A stretch of DNA of 64,000 nt from Halioglobus sp. Lineage in GTDB: Bacteria > Pseudomonadota > Gammaproteobacteria > Pseudomonadales > Halieaceae. A program made the position numbers and the translations under genes. The notes under the pieces are model-generated. The model ran no database searches and was not told where the DNA came from. It was given only the letters and a program-made list of their open reading frames with translations. Position 1 is the stretch's first letter, and every line of letters starts with the position of its first letter. This document shows, piece by piece, positions 50,933 to 61,095 of the stretch. The DNA lies in NCBI GenBank assembly GCA_047650635.1, contig JBLHNQ010000005.1:18942-82941 (forward strand), written 5' to 3'.

Positions 50933-52300
50933 TCAGTCGTACACCACCTTTTTGACAATCTCCAGATGGTCCGTCACGCCGCGCTTGAAGTTGGCGACAT
51001 TGACGCGCTCATCGTTACCGTGAATTCGGCTAAATTCAGACTCCGGTATAATGATTGGGTTGAAGCCATAACTGCTAATGCCCAGGTCGCGAGTGAAATG
51101 GCTATCGGTGAAGCCCGTAGATACTACAGGCCTGACTTTGGAGTTGGGGTAGTGGGAGTTGGTGTAATCGACAATAGCCTCGTAGAGTGGGGTGTCTGTA
51201 CTGGAGACCGCCGGGGTAAAGGCCATCAATACTTCAATTTCTACACCGGTTGCCTTTAAAAGCTCGCGTATTTCGTCCACAAACACAGCACTGGGACGAT
51301 CCGGTAGGATGCGACAGTCGAGCTCAGCCCAGGCTTCCGGTGGCACTACATTAATCTTATTCGAGGCCTGCAGGCGAGTGATCGAGCAGGTATCCCGGGT
51401 CAATGCGTGCAAATGCGGTGAATGCGCCTGTAGGCGTGGCAAAAAATCGGGCTGGGATACGGCTGCGGCAATGTCTGCGTAAGCACCTTGCCACTCGAGT
51501 TCGGCGTCGGTTGCAAGAGATTTAAACATGCGGTCTACCGCGGGAATGATGCGTGGGGCTGACGGATTTTGTCGCAGAATTCCCAGTGCATCAACGATGC
51601 GAGTGACCGAGGATGTCGTATGCGGCGAGGATCCGTGCCCAGGGGTATCCACGGCCTTCAGGTGTAACCATACGGGCACTTTTTGTGTGACTTCCACATT
51701 GAATATCACGCCGTTCGCCGACTGTGTGCCAAAGCCGCCTTCATTGAGCAGCAACCCGGCACCGTTGAATATCTCCGGGTGGTTTTTTACCAGCCAGCCG
51801 GCACCGAATTTCCCGCCAGCTTCTTCGTCTGCAGTGGCAACGAGTATGACGTCCCTATTGAGGGCAATACCTGCGCGCTTCAAGCTGATAAAGGTTGCGA
51901 GTTGGGAAATTCCCGTACCCTTCATATCCAATGCGCCGCGCCCCCACAGGTAGCCATCACGAATCTCGCCGGAAAGCGGGTCGGTGGTCCAGTATTTGGG
52001 GTCGGCGGGCACGACATCTGTATGCTGCAGCAGGATCAGCGCAGGTTTGTCGCCGCCTTTTAATCTGGCCCAGATATTTCCGCGCCCGGGTGCGCTCTCC
52101 GCACTGTGCCATTCGATGTTTTCGGCGTCGAGAATATTTCCTAGAAATTCAACTGCACGGCTTTCATTGCCTGCTGGATTGATGGTGTCGACGCGCAAAA
52201 ATTGTTGCACCCAGTCCAGCGCCTCATCGGAAATATCTCTAGCCTGTGTGGGGGCTGCGAGTAACAGTGTCAGGATGAGGGCTCGGTATATGAGCTGCAT
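50933..52300 (-). CDS. secreted M20-family metallopeptidase
   Basis: Signal peptide MQLIYRALILTLLLAAPTQA; LLQHTDVVP and ATADEEAGG metal-binding motifs. Confidence 0.8.
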   Translation of the reverse strand: MQLIYRALILTLLLAAPTQARDISDEALDWVQQFLRVDTINPAGNESRAVEFLGNILDAENIEWHSAESAPGRGNIWARLKGGDKPALILLQHTDVVPADPKYWTTDPLSGEIRDGYLWGRGALDMKGTGISQLATFISLKRAGIALNRDVILVATADEEAGGKFGAGWLVKNHPEIFNGAGLLLNEGGFGTQSANGVIFNVEVTQKVPVWLHLKAVDTPGHGSSPHTTSSVTRIVDALGILRQNPSAPRIIPAVDRMFKSLATDAELEWQGAYADIAAAVSQPDFLPRLQAHSPHLHALTRDTCSITRLQASNKINVVPPEAWAELDCRILPDRPSAVFVDEIRELLKATGVEIEVLMAFTPAVSSTDTPLYEAIVDYTNSHYPNSKVRPVVSTGFTDSHFTRDLGISSYGFNPIIIPESEFSRIHGNDERVNVANFKRGVTDHLEIVKKVVYD

Positions 52301-52437
52301 TTTGTGACTGTCCTTTAAATTTATTGAGTATAGAGTGTAGACTGAATCACGAATGTAGAGAAGCCTATGTCAATTTCACACTAAAATTATAGCGGTACAG
52401 ATCGTGATTTACCCAACTATTGACTCGAGTAATTAAC

Positions 52438-54111
52438 ATGCCTAATTGTATTTTTAAGCCAGCAGCCCTCCTTTTTGCCTGCATACTGCTTATCACGCCC
52501 GTTCTGCGCGCGGAAACAATCGATGGCGATAAGCTGTCCAATATCGTTAAGGTTCTCGCGTCAGAAGAATTTGAGGGTCGAGCGCCCGGCGGCCCCGGCG
52601 AGGAAAAGACAGTGGCTTGGCTCATTGAGCAGTTTAAGTCGCTGGGCCTTTCACCGGGGGGCAAGAACAATAGTTGGACTCAGGCAGTATCGTTATTACA
52701 TACCCGGATACAACAACCTGAAAGTATCGCCTTTGATGTTGGCAACACGCAGTTAGCGTTGGTGCAGTCTGAGGATATCGCCATCGATACCAGACGTGCT
52801 GCACAGAAACTGTCTATCAAAAACGCACCTCTTGTCTTTGTCGGTTTTGGCGCCAATGCCCCGGAGCGCCAATGGGATGACTACGGCGATATTGACCTGA
52901 CCGGCAAGGTAGCCCTCTTCCTGGTCAACGATCCGGATTTTGCAGCGCAGCCGAATGAGCCGGTAGCAGGGCGTTTTGGCAATAAGCGCATGACTTACTA
53001 CGGTCGTTGGGCCTATAAGTTTGAGGAAGCAGAGCGCCGGGGTGCCCTTGCAGCGCTGGTTATTCATGAGGACAAGGCGGCAGGATATGGATGGACCGTC
53101 GCGTCATCAGGGCCGGGTGAAAACTATTCAATTGCCCGCGCTGAAGGGGCGGCCCCGCCGCTTGCCCTGCAGGGTTGGTTGCACGGCGAAGCGGCTAAGC
53201 GATTGTTTGCCAGTGCTGGCCTTAATTTGGATGAGCAACTTGTACTGGCGCGCAGTCCCGATTTTCACGCGTTCGAACTCAAGGGCGCAACATTTAGCGT
53301 TGAATCTGATGTGACGACGGATATTGTTCAAAGCCAGAACGTGTTGGCCGTATTACCCGGTTCAACGTATCCGCATGAGACCCTGATGGTTTCATCGCAC
53401 TGGGATGCTTATGGTCAAGGCGCTCCCGATGAGCAGGGCCGTACTGTGAGGCCAGGCGCCAACGACGACGCACTGGGTACGGCCGGCGTGCTGGAGTTGG
53501 CTCGAGTTCTTAAAGCTGAGCCGGCGCTGCAGCGCAGTGTTGTATTTGCCGTTTGGACGGCGGAGGAGAGTGGCCTGCTTGGGTCAGCAGCTTATGCTGA
53601 TGACCCTGTTTACCCGCTGGAGAAAACGGTCGCTAATTTTACCCTGGATATCCTGCAAACTGCCGGGCCCGCCAGAGACGTGATTTTAGTCGGTGAAGGT
53701 CAGAGCGATCTTGAACAAGACCTGAAGCGCGCCGCCGCCATGCAGGGCCGCGTCGTGACGCCCGAAAACTTGCCCGAGAACGGATTGTTTTTTCGCGCAG
53801 ATCATTTCTCTCTGGCGCGAAAGGGCGTGCCCGTGTTGTTAATCATGGGTATTGCCGGTGGCTCTGACCTCATCGAGGGTGGTCGGGCCGCAGGCGATGC
53901 ATGGATTGCTCAGTACATCGGTAATTGCTACCACCAGACCTGTGATACCTGGAGTCCGAACTGGGATCTGCGCGGCGCGGTCGAGGACGTGGAGCTGTTC
54001 CACATCATTATCAGGGATCTTGGCGACTCGCGCCGTTGGCCACGTTGGAATGCAAGCTCTGAATTCAGGGCAATTCGCACAGTTAGTGACGCGACTCGAG
54101 GCCAGCAATAG
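52438..54111 (+). CDS. secreted M28-family aminopeptidase with PA domain
   Basis: Signal peptide; SSHWDAYG, GANDDALGTAGVLELAR and VWTAEESGLLGS motifs. ATG at 52438 preferred. Confidence 0.8.
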   Translation: MPNCIFKPAALLFACILLITPVLRAETIDGDKLSNIVKVLASEEFEGRAPGGPGEEKTVAWLIEQFKSLGLSPGGKNNSWTQAVSLLHTRIQQPESIAFDVGNTQLALVQSEDIAIDTRRAAQKLSIKNAPLVFVGFGANAPERQWDDYGDIDLTGKVALFLVNDPDFAAQPNEPVAGRFGNKRMTYYGRWAYKFEEAERRGALAALVIHEDKAAGYGWTVASSGPGENYSIARAEGAAPPLALQGWLHGEAAKRLFASAGLNLDEQLVLARSPDFHAFELKGATFSVESDVTTDIVQSQNVLAVLPGSTYPHETLMVSSHWDAYGQGAPDEQGRTVRPGANDDALGTAGVLELARVLKAEPALQRSVVFAVWTAEESGLLGSAAYADDPVYPLEKTVANFTLDILQTAGPARDVILVGEGQSDLEQDLKRAAAMQGRVVTPENLPENGLFFRADHFSLARKGVPVLLIMGIAGGSDLIEGGRAAGDAWIAQYIGNCYHQTCDTWSPNWDLRGAVEDVELFHIIIRDLGDSRRWPRWNASSEFRAIRTVSDATRGQQ

Positions 54112-54143
54112 GGGAGAGCAGCTTGAATAAAGGATCACTCAAT

Positions 54144-54351
54144 ATGCGCGAGGGGCTGTGGCGTCTCGCCGACCCAAAAATCAGTATCACCTCCGCCGGC
54201 GCAATGATGATAGGTGTACCTAATGGCGCGGGACGCCCAACTGGACTGGGTGTGGCTGCTGGTTACCGCGTTGGCGCTGCTGCTGCTCTTTGGTATCGGT
54301 CGAGACGCGTTGCGGGCGCGAGTAAAAAACATCCTCGACCAATGGTGTTAA
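54144..54351 (+). pseudogene. possible frameshifted remnant of a polytopic membrane protein (UbiA/MenA-like N-terminus?)
   Basis: Coding-like GC in an intergenic gap. Frame A reads MREGLWRLADPKISITSAGAMMIG; a +1 frame continues ..LDWVWLLVTALALLLLFGIGRDAL. Together these resemble the first two TM helices of prenyltransferase-type proteins. Based on recollection only. Confidence 0.25.
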
Positions 54352-54390
54352 GTGCGTAGAATGCGGTGGTTCACTGTGTGGAATCATGTC

Positions 54391-55992
54391 ATGAAAATTA
54401 AATCCATCATGTTGTGCGCGGCCTGTCTTATCCTATACGGTTGCGATTCGCCAGATAATATGGAAGCTCAATCTGCTCTCGATAACCCGGTCGTTCAGAC
54501 TGTGGTGCACAGTGGCCCCATTCATTGGTTTGAAGGCACAGTTGAAGCGGGCTTTGCACAGGCGAAAGCTGAAAATAAGCCCGTATTCCTATACTGGGGT
54601 GCCGTGTGGTGCCCGCCATGTCAGGAAATAAAGCACACCGTATTCAAGAGCAAGCAGTTTATCGCGCAGACCAAATTGTTTGTGCCCATCTATCTCGATG
54701 GCGACACAGATCGCGCTCAGGCCTGGGGCGAAACCTTTGGCGTGAAGGGTTACCCTACGATGATTGTGTTCAATCCCGCAGGTGAAGAGATAACCCGGTT
54801 ACCCGGCGGCATTGATATTTCGCGCTACAACACGGTTCTGGATTTGAGTTTGAATGCCATGCGTCCAACGTCAATGCTGGTGCAATTGGCGCTGCATGAT
54901 CCATCAAAGCTGCAATCCAGTGACTTTGTTCAGTTGGCCTATTACTCCTGGGGTCAGGATTTCGATAGTTTGCCTGAGGGCACACCGGCCACGTTCTTTA
55001 GGGGTCTGTCACAGTTGAGCGATGACCCACAGTCTTCGGCCAGGCTCTATATGCAGTATTTAATTGCGCTGGCTCGCGAGCAAAAAGTACAGGCATCTGA
55101 CAGTGAGGTTACCGAAGCTCCCGCGCGAACTTCAACAGAAGCCTATGCGCGTCTGATGCAAATACTCGATTCCAATGAGTTGATATTGGCCTGCTGGGAA
55201 TACCTGGGATATCACACTGAAGCTATTGTCTCTCTGCCTGTGTTTGGGGAAGATGAACTCGCCCCGCTTCAAGACAAATGGCAGCAGCGAATGTTCGCAC
55301 TTCGTTCACAGCCATCCTTGTCGACAGCCGAAAAATTGTCAGGCTGGCTGCCGCTGTTGAGCTTCCATTTTCTGGCCGATGAGGACGCCCCGTTGCCGCA
55401 GTTGCTTGTTACCCGGCTCAGGGAAGATATTCACAGAGCCGACGCCGACACAACGGATTCCTATGCCCGGCAGAGTGTTGTATCACAAATGGATGATGTG
55501 CTGCAGAGTGCAAAGTTATACGACGATGCGCGAGCATTGTTGCTGGCCGAGCTGGACAAGTCTGCATCGCCGTATTACTTCATGAGTGGCTTGTCCTCTC
55601 TGGAGGAGACGGTAGGAAACATTCCCGAAGCACTGGATTGGCGGCGCAAGGCTTATGAAAATGCGATCGGCGAAGCCACCCGATTTCAATGGGGAGCGAG
55701 TTATGTGCGGGCAGTCATCCGCTTGACGCCCGAAAATCACCAACTTGTCATGTCAGCAGCTATGCAATTGTTTGACGAATTAGACGGAGATCAGACCCCT
55801 TTTACCGGTCGCAACTTTCGGCTATTGCGCTCGGTAAACAAGCAGCTAAACCAGTGGCAGTTAGAGCAGGGAGACGACGCATTAGCGAAATCTTTTGAAA
55901 GTAGAATCAGTGCTCTTTGCCAGCGGCAAGCAGAAGGCTCGTTGGAACTGGAGAACTGCAGAAGTCTTGAGAAAGCTCAGTTGAAGATGTAA
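54391..55992 (+). CDS. thioredoxin-fold lipoprotein with a large helical C-terminal domain
   Basis: Lipobox LILYGC; Trx motif FLYWGAVWCPPCQ; about 370 aa of unrecognised helical sequence follows. Confidence 0.7.
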   Translation: MKIKSIMLCAACLILYGCDSPDNMEAQSALDNPVVQTVVHSGPIHWFEGTVEAGFAQAKAENKPVFLYWGAVWCPPCQEIKHTVFKSKQFIAQTKLFVPIYLDGDTDRAQAWGETFGVKGYPTMIVFNPAGEEITRLPGGIDISRYNTVLDLSLNAMRPTSMLVQLALHDPSKLQSSDFVQLAYYSWGQDFDSLPEGTPATFFRGLSQLSDDPQSSARLYMQYLIALAREQKVQASDSEVTEAPARTSTEAYARLMQILDSNELILACWEYLGYHTEAIVSLPVFGEDELAPLQDKWQQRMFALRSQPSLSTAEKLSGWLPLLSFHFLADEDAPLPQLLVTRLREDIHRADADTTDSYARQSVVSQMDDVLQSAKLYDDARALLLAELDKSASPYYFMSGLSSLEETVGNIPEALDWRRKAYENAIGEATRFQWGASYVRAVIRLTPENHQLVMSAAMQLFDELDGDQTPFTGRNFRLLRSVNKQLNQWQLEQGDDALAKSFESRISALCQRQAEGSLELENCRSLEKAQLKM

Positions 55993-56028
55993 CTTTTTAA
56001 GACCGTGCAGAAACTTAGAGGTTTACGG

Positions 56029-58698
56029 ATGAGAAGAACGTTAGCCGGTTTCAGTTTTTTGGTTTTATTGCTACTGGCTGCATGTGGTGGAGGATCGGGT
56101 TCCGGTCCCGTTACTCCCCCACCACTGCCCGGGCCCGGCCCAGCTCCCGTTAAGCCTCCGGCACCGGCGCCCACTTCCACAAATTTTGTGGCATTTGAGA
56201 GTGGCCAGGTCAGGCCTCTGGCTTGGTCTAGCGATGGTAAGCGCTTATTTGTTACCAACACACCGGCTAATCGCCTGGATATTTTTACTATCGATGAAGA
56301 TGCTCTGGCACTGCAGGCATCCGTTACCGTAGGACTTGAACCGGTCGCGGTTGCGGTGCGAAATAGTAACGAAGTATGGGTGGTTAACCATCTGTCCGAT
56401 TCGGTCAGTATTGTCGATGTCGGGAGTTCTCCGCGGGTAGTCCAAACCCTGTTGGTGGGTGACGAGCCACGAGATATCGTTTTTGCCGGTGACAAAAGTC
56501 AACGCGCGTTTATCACTGCCACTTATCGCGGGCAAAACCATCCATTATTTAGTATTGATGATTTATCGACGCCCGGTCTTGGTCGAGCTGATGTGTGGGC
56601 CTATGACGCCGATGCGCTGGATAAAAGTGACCTGAACGGCGGTCCATTGACCATCGTCAATCTATTCGCTGATTCCCTGCGCGCTCTCGCTGTCTCAGTG
56701 GACGGTTCAAGGGTCTATGCCGCCGCCTTTATGTCCGGTAACCAGACCACAATTATCGATGAATTGCTTGTGAGAGGAAAAAAGGCCGCTCCAGATAGAA
56801 ACGTGGACGGTGTGGCAGCGCCCAATACCGGGCTTATTGTTAAAAAAGAAAATGGGCTCTGGGTGGATGAAGCCGGTACCGACTGGAGCAGTGCGGTGCA
56901 GTTCGACTTGCCCGACTACGACGTGTTTGAAATTGACGCAATGGCGGCAGTTCCTGCTCTGACTCGGCAAGTGTCCGGTGTTGGCACCTCTTTATTTAAT
57001 ATGGCGGTAAATCCGGTGCGGCCCGAACTGTATGTCAGTAATACACAAGCGCTGAACCATGTGCGCTTTGAAGGCCCAGGGCACGACGCCAGTAGTGTGC
57101 GCGGACACATCGCCGAAACCCGCATTGGTGTTTTAACCAACACCAGTGTGCGCAATGTTCGAATGAACGATCACGTCGATTTTTCTCGGCAGGAGGGTGA
57201 AGATGTTCCTTCCAACGAAACAGCGAGGAGTCTGAGTCAGGTTACAGCTATCGCTGTCAGTAACGATGGACGCACACTCTACGCCGCGGCATTTGGCTCC
57301 AATAAGCTGGCTTTTATTCCAACGGACACCTTGACCCAGGCAGGGTATACGGCGGATGCCAGTGAACATCTAGTGATACCCGGAGGAGGCCCCAGTGGGT
57401 TGGCACTGTCACCCGATGGAACTCGCATTGCAGTATATGCTCGTTTTGACAACAGTGTGGTGTTGGTTAATACCGAGAGCCGAATAGTCGTAACAAGCGA
57501 GGCCTTATTCAATCCTGAGCCCGATTACATCGTTGCCGGCCGTCCATTTTTGTATGATGCCACACTCACCTCGGCCAACGGTGTCAACGCCTGCTCCAGC
57601 TGTCATCTTTTTGCCGATAACGACGGTCTGGCTTGGGATCTGGGAAACCCTGAAGTCAGTATGCAGCCAAATCCCAACCCATTTGTAGCCAATAGTCCGA
57701 TTGTCACAACCGAATTTCATCCGATGAAAGGCCCTATGACAACCCAAACTTTCAGGGGTATAAACGACAGTGGCCCACAACATTGGCGCGGAGATCGTAC
57801 GGGCGAAAACCGCGCTATGGTTAACGGTGAAGAAGAAAGTATTGAGGCCGCTGCATTCAAGGAGTTTAACGGAGCCTTCGTGGGTTTGGTGGGTCGCGCT
57901 GAAGAATTAAATCAAGAACAGCTACAGGTCTTCACTGACTTCTCTCTGGCTATAACGCCACCGCCCAATCCTATACGAAGGCTGGACAACGCCTTGAGCG
58001 CATCGCAGAAGGCGGGGCGCGATCTCTATTTTGATATCGATGACATTACCGGTATCGGTTCATGTAACCACTGCCATGCGCTTGACCCTGACAAAAAACA
58101 GTTTGGAACCAACGGCTTGATGACGTTCGAAGGGCCGCGTATTGCCGAAGACTTTAAAATTCCGCATCTGCGTAACGCCTATACAAAAGTGGGCATGTTT
58201 GGCAGCAGTAACCCCAATAGCGATGGTGTCTATATGGGTGACCAGGTGAAGGGCTTTGGCTTTTTGCACGACGGTGCTATTGATACGCTGCAGCATTTTT
58301 TTGCCGATGGTGTGTTTAATTTTCCTGACCCTATGGTAGAAAACCGAGCCAATGTCATCCGCTTTGTTATGGCCATGGACAGCAACCTGGCCCCAATAGT
58401 GGGGCAGCAGATAACGCTCGCTAATGGCAGCACTGCAATTATCGAACGGGTGAATTTGCTGGAACAGCGAGCACAAATTACCCAGCCCAGAGCGGAATGT
58501 GATTTAGTGGTTAACGGCGTTATCGATCAGAGTCCTGTTAGCTTGCTAATGACCGGCGACGGGGTATACGCTAATGCTCAGGGAGAAGATTTCAGTGCAG
58601 CTGATTTGCAGAAGGCAGCACTGATTGCTGGGCAGGAGTTAACCTATACTTGTGTGCCTCCGGGAAACGGTGAACGTATCGCTTTTGGCGGTGTTTGA
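56029..58698 (+). CDS. lipoprotein: YVTN-type beta-propeller fused to a di-haem cytochrome c peroxidase/MauG-like domain
   Basis: Lipobox LLLAAC then a Pro-rich linker; repeated ..LFVTNT..N.L.I, ..VWVVNHLSDSVSIVD and ..LYAAAFGSNKLAFI propeller-type repeats. Two CxxCH motifs, CSSCH (57592..57606) and CNHCH (58063..58077). KIPHLRN and GFLHDGAIDTL resemble the CCP/MauG PSLRN and HDG motifs. Confidence 0.7.
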   Translation: MRRTLAGFSFLVLLLLAACGGGSGSGPVTPPPLPGPGPAPVKPPAPAPTSTNFVAFESGQVRPLAWSSDGKRLFVTNTPANRLDIFTIDEDALALQASVTVGLEPVAVAVRNSNEVWVVNHLSDSVSIVDVGSSPRVVQTLLVGDEPRDIVFAGDKSQRAFITATYRGQNHPLFSIDDLSTPGLGRADVWAYDADALDKSDLNGGPLTIVNLFADSLRALAVSVDGSRVYAAAFMSGNQTTIIDELLVRGKKAAPDRNVDGVAAPNTGLIVKKENGLWVDEAGTDWSSAVQFDLPDYDVFEIDAMAAVPALTRQVSGVGTSLFNMAVNPVRPELYVSNTQALNHVRFEGPGHDASSVRGHIAETRIGVLTNTSVRNVRMNDHVDFSRQEGEDVPSNETARSLSQVTAIAVSNDGRTLYAAAFGSNKLAFIPTDTLTQAGYTADASEHLVIPGGGPSGLALSPDGTRIAVYARFDNSVVLVNTESRIVVTSEALFNPEPDYIVAGRPFLYDATLTSANGVNACSSCHLFADNDGLAWDLGNPEVSMQPNPNPFVANSPIVTTEFHPMKGPMTTQTFRGINDSGPQHWRGDRTGENRAMVNGEEESIEAAAFKEFNGAFVGLVGRAEELNQEQLQVFTDFSLAITPPPNPIRRLDNALSASQKAGRDLYFDIDDITGIGSCNHCHALDPDKKQFGTNGLMTFEGPRIAEDFKIPHLRNAYTKVGMFGSSNPNSDGVYMGDQVKGFGFLHDGAIDTLQHFFADGVFNFPDPMVENRANVIRFVMAMDSNLAPIVGQQITLANGSTAIIERVNLLEQRAQITQPRAECDLVVNGVIDQSPVSLLMTGDGVYANAQGEDFSAADLQKAALIAGQELTYTCVPPGNGERIAFGGV

Positions 58699-58734
58699 AA
58701 CTTAAAAAGTATCAATATAATCAAGGAGTTAGTT

Positions 58735-59151
58735 ATGAGCGAAATATTGGAGTCAGCTAAATTATTCTTTGACGCATGCGAAACCGGCAAAGGCTGGGAT
58801 CTGTGCAAAACCTATTGCCATCCAGATGCGTCTTTTTCAGCACAGGCCGGTGCACTGGCAGGGATTAATACCTTGGAAGGCTACTGCCAATGGATGCAGA
58901 ATTTCTTTACGCCGGTGCCCGATGCGCACTATGAACTGAAGTTCTTCGCCGCCGATGAGAGTCGCAGCGCAGTAACCGCCGTGGCGGTCTTCCACGGTAC
59001 TCAAACTGGCCCAGGTGGTCCGGTTCCACCAACGGGGAAAACTGTGGCTGCCGATTATGCTTACTTCATGGATTTTGATCAGGGGCGCATCAAGCACATG
59101 ACAAAAATCTGGAACGATGGGGTTAGCTTGCAGCAGCTGGGTTGGGCGTAG
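58735..59151 (+). CDS. SnoaL-like (NTF2-fold) ester cyclase family protein
   Basis: 138 aa; the pattern ..F..DA.Y....F.A......V.......GT.TG......PTGK........F..F..GKI resembles predicted ester cyclases. Confidence 0.55.
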   Translation: MSEILESAKLFFDACETGKGWDLCKTYCHPDASFSAQAGALAGINTLEGYCQWMQNFFTPVPDAHYELKFFAADESRSAVTAVAVFHGTQTGPGGPVPPTGKTVAADYAYFMDFDQGRIKHMTKIWNDGVSLQQLGWA

Positions 59152-59161
59152 CGTTTTCTGA

Positions 59162-59503
59162 ATGAAGTTAACGTGCCACTGTGAAAACATAGAAATCGAA
59201 GTGCAGCCGCCTTTGCAATTAACCAGTTGCAATTGCTCTATCTGCAGGCGCTACCAGTCTCTTTGGGGCTACTACTCGCCACAAGATGTGAGTATAAAAA
59301 TCGGGGAGGGTGGTTCGTACGCTTATGTCTGGGGCGACAGGGAGATTGAGTTTATGCATTGCGGGGGTTGTGGCTGTGTTACTCACTACAAAACGGTGGA
59401 AGGCCAGGCCGACGCCAAGGTGGCTATCAATTTTCGAATGGTTCGGGAGCAGGAACTTGTCGATGTGCCCAGGCGATTTTTTGATGGCGAAGCAATGATA
59501 TGA
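59162..59503 (+). CDS. GFA (glutathione-dependent formaldehyde-activating/CENP-V-like) family protein
   Basis: Cys pattern CHC...CNCSICRR...CGGCG; 113 aa. Confidence 0.7.
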   Translation: MKLTCHCENIEIEVQPPLQLTSCNCSICRRYQSLWGYYSPQDVSIKIGEGGSYAYVWGDREIEFMHCGGCGCVTHYKTVEGQADAKVAINFRMVREQELVDVPRRFFDGEAMI

Positions 59504-59572
59504 CAAACTCTGCACCATAATTGTCTTGTAGAGGGCGACAAGATAATCAACATACCCCCAGATGGGTAAATC

Positions 59573-59992
59573 ATGAAATTACGCGCATACCATGAACAGG
59601 AACAGAGTGAGGTCATCGCGCTGTGGACGCGCTGCGGTCTGGTAGTTCCGCAAAACAACCCTGTGAAAGATATACAGCGGAAGTTACAGGTCGATCGCGA
59701 CTTGTTTTTGACTGGTTATACGCCACAGGGCATCGTGGCTACCGTGATGGGCGGGTACGATGGGCATCGCGGCTGGATCAACTACCTTGCAGTTGATCCG
59801 TCACAACAGCGCAAGGGTTATGGCCGAATAATAATGTCTGCAATAGAGGCGCTACTAAAAGCGAAAGGCTGTCCAAAGATTAACTTGCAGGTGCGTTCCA
59901 ACAATTCTGACATCATTGGTTTTTACGCAGCGCTGGGCTACGGTAATGATAATGTCGTCGGCTTGGGGAAACGCCTTGAACACGATACTTAA
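59573..59992 (+). CDS. ypeA: GNAT-family N-acetyltransferase, YpeA-like
   Basis: VIALWTRCGL..PQNNP..DI.RKL, ATVMGGYDGHRG, QRKGYGRIIM and GCPKINLQV closely parallel E. coli YpeA. Confidence 0.7.
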   Translation: MKLRAYHEQEQSEVIALWTRCGLVVPQNNPVKDIQRKLQVDRDLFLTGYTPQGIVATVMGGYDGHRGWINYLAVDPSQQRKGYGRIIMSAIEALLKAKGCPKINLQVRSNNSDIIGFYAALGYGNDNVVGLGKRLEHDT

Positions 59993-60158
59993 GAATGGCC
60001 TGTAACTCTGGCCGGCAGCTTAGCGGTGACCCTTGATCGCCTCATCTAAAGGGAGCTGAACGCCTAATAAATTGAACTGGCTGTAATCCAAAGCGGTGTA
60101 AAATGGCGCCCTTAATGCCTGATACATACAAAGAACTAGCAGCGCGAAGGAAACCTGA

Positions 60159-61067
60159 ATGAATAATAAAGTGAAAGTAGCAATTATCGGGCCGGGGAAT
60201 ATCGGCACCGATCTGTTAATGAAAGCGATGCGCAGTGAATTTGTCGAGCCGGTGTGGATGGTCGGTGTGGACCCAGACTCTCCGGGTTTGTCCCGAGCAC
60301 AAGAGCTGGGGTTGAAGACAAGCTCCAATGGAGTGGATGGAATGCTGCCCACCATGAAGGATGACGGTGTGCAAATTTGTTTCGATGCCACATCCGCTTA
60401 TGTACATGCCGAAAATAGTCGAAAGGTGAACGAGCAGGGCGCAGTGATGATAGACCTCACGCCAGCGGCAATTGGTCCTTTCTGTGTACCGCCGGTAAAT
60501 CTTACAGAAGCAGTGGACGCCAGGGCGATGAACGTCAACATGGTGACCTGTGGTGGCCAGGCGACGATTCCAATGGTAGCGGCCGTGAGTAGGGTGCAGG
60601 CCGTTTCCTATGGCGAGATTGTCGCCACCGTAAGCAGTAAGTCAGCCGGTCCCGGCACGCGTAAAAATATCGATGAGTTTACCCGCACAACGGCCAGCGG
60701 CATTGAGAAGGTAGGCGGTGCTGGAAGTGGTAAAGCTATTATTGTGATTAACCCAGCCGAGCCACCATTAATGATGCGCGATACCGTTCACTGCCTCACT
60801 GTCGACGAGCCCAATCAGGCTGCCATTACAGAATCTGTGCACAAAATGTTAGCTGAGGTTCAAAAGTACGTGCCTGGATATACCTTGAAAAATGGCCCCG
60901 TATTCGATGGTAAACGCGTTTCCATCTACCTGGAAGTAGAAGGCCTGGGTGATTTTTTGCCCAAGTATGCAGGGAACCTCGACATTATGACTGCCGCCGG
61001 TTTGCGTACGGCCGAAATGTACGCCGAAGAAATTCTGTCCGGAAGATTTGTCCCCGGCGCGTCCTGA
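60159..61067 (+). CDS. mhpF: acetaldehyde dehydrogenase (acetylating)
   Basis: [14 protein letters not shown] Rossmann start; catalytic-Cys segment [11 protein letters not shown]; 302 aa. Confidence 0.9.
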   Translation: MNNKVKVAIIGPGNIGTDLLMKAMRSEFVEPVWMVGVDPDSPGLSRAQELGLKTSSNGVDGMLPTMKDDGVQICFDATSAYVHAENSRKVNEQGAVMIDLTPAAIGPFCVPPVNLTEAVDARAMNVNMVTCGGQATIPMVAAVSRVQAVSYGEIVATVSSKSAGPGTRKNIDEFTRTTASGIEKVGGAGSGKAIIVINPAEPPLMMRDTVHCLTVDEPNQAAITESVHKMLAEVQKYVPGYTLKNGPVFDGKRVSIYLEVEGLGDFLPKYAGNLDIMTAAGLRTAEMYAEEILSGRFVPGAS

Positions 61068-61095
61068 AACTGCCCCAATTGAAGAGAGAATAAAC

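Noticed and set aside
55977-56495. 172-aa minus-strand ORF across the start of the propeller/di-haem gene
   Set aside because: Antisense to the Pro-rich linker (Gly/Pro shadow). The plus-strand gene has a lipobox and an RBS.
60020-60391. 123-aa minus-strand ORF upstream of and overlapping mhpF
   Set aside because: It overlaps the conserved Rossmann N-terminus of the dehydrogenase and matches no recognisable family.
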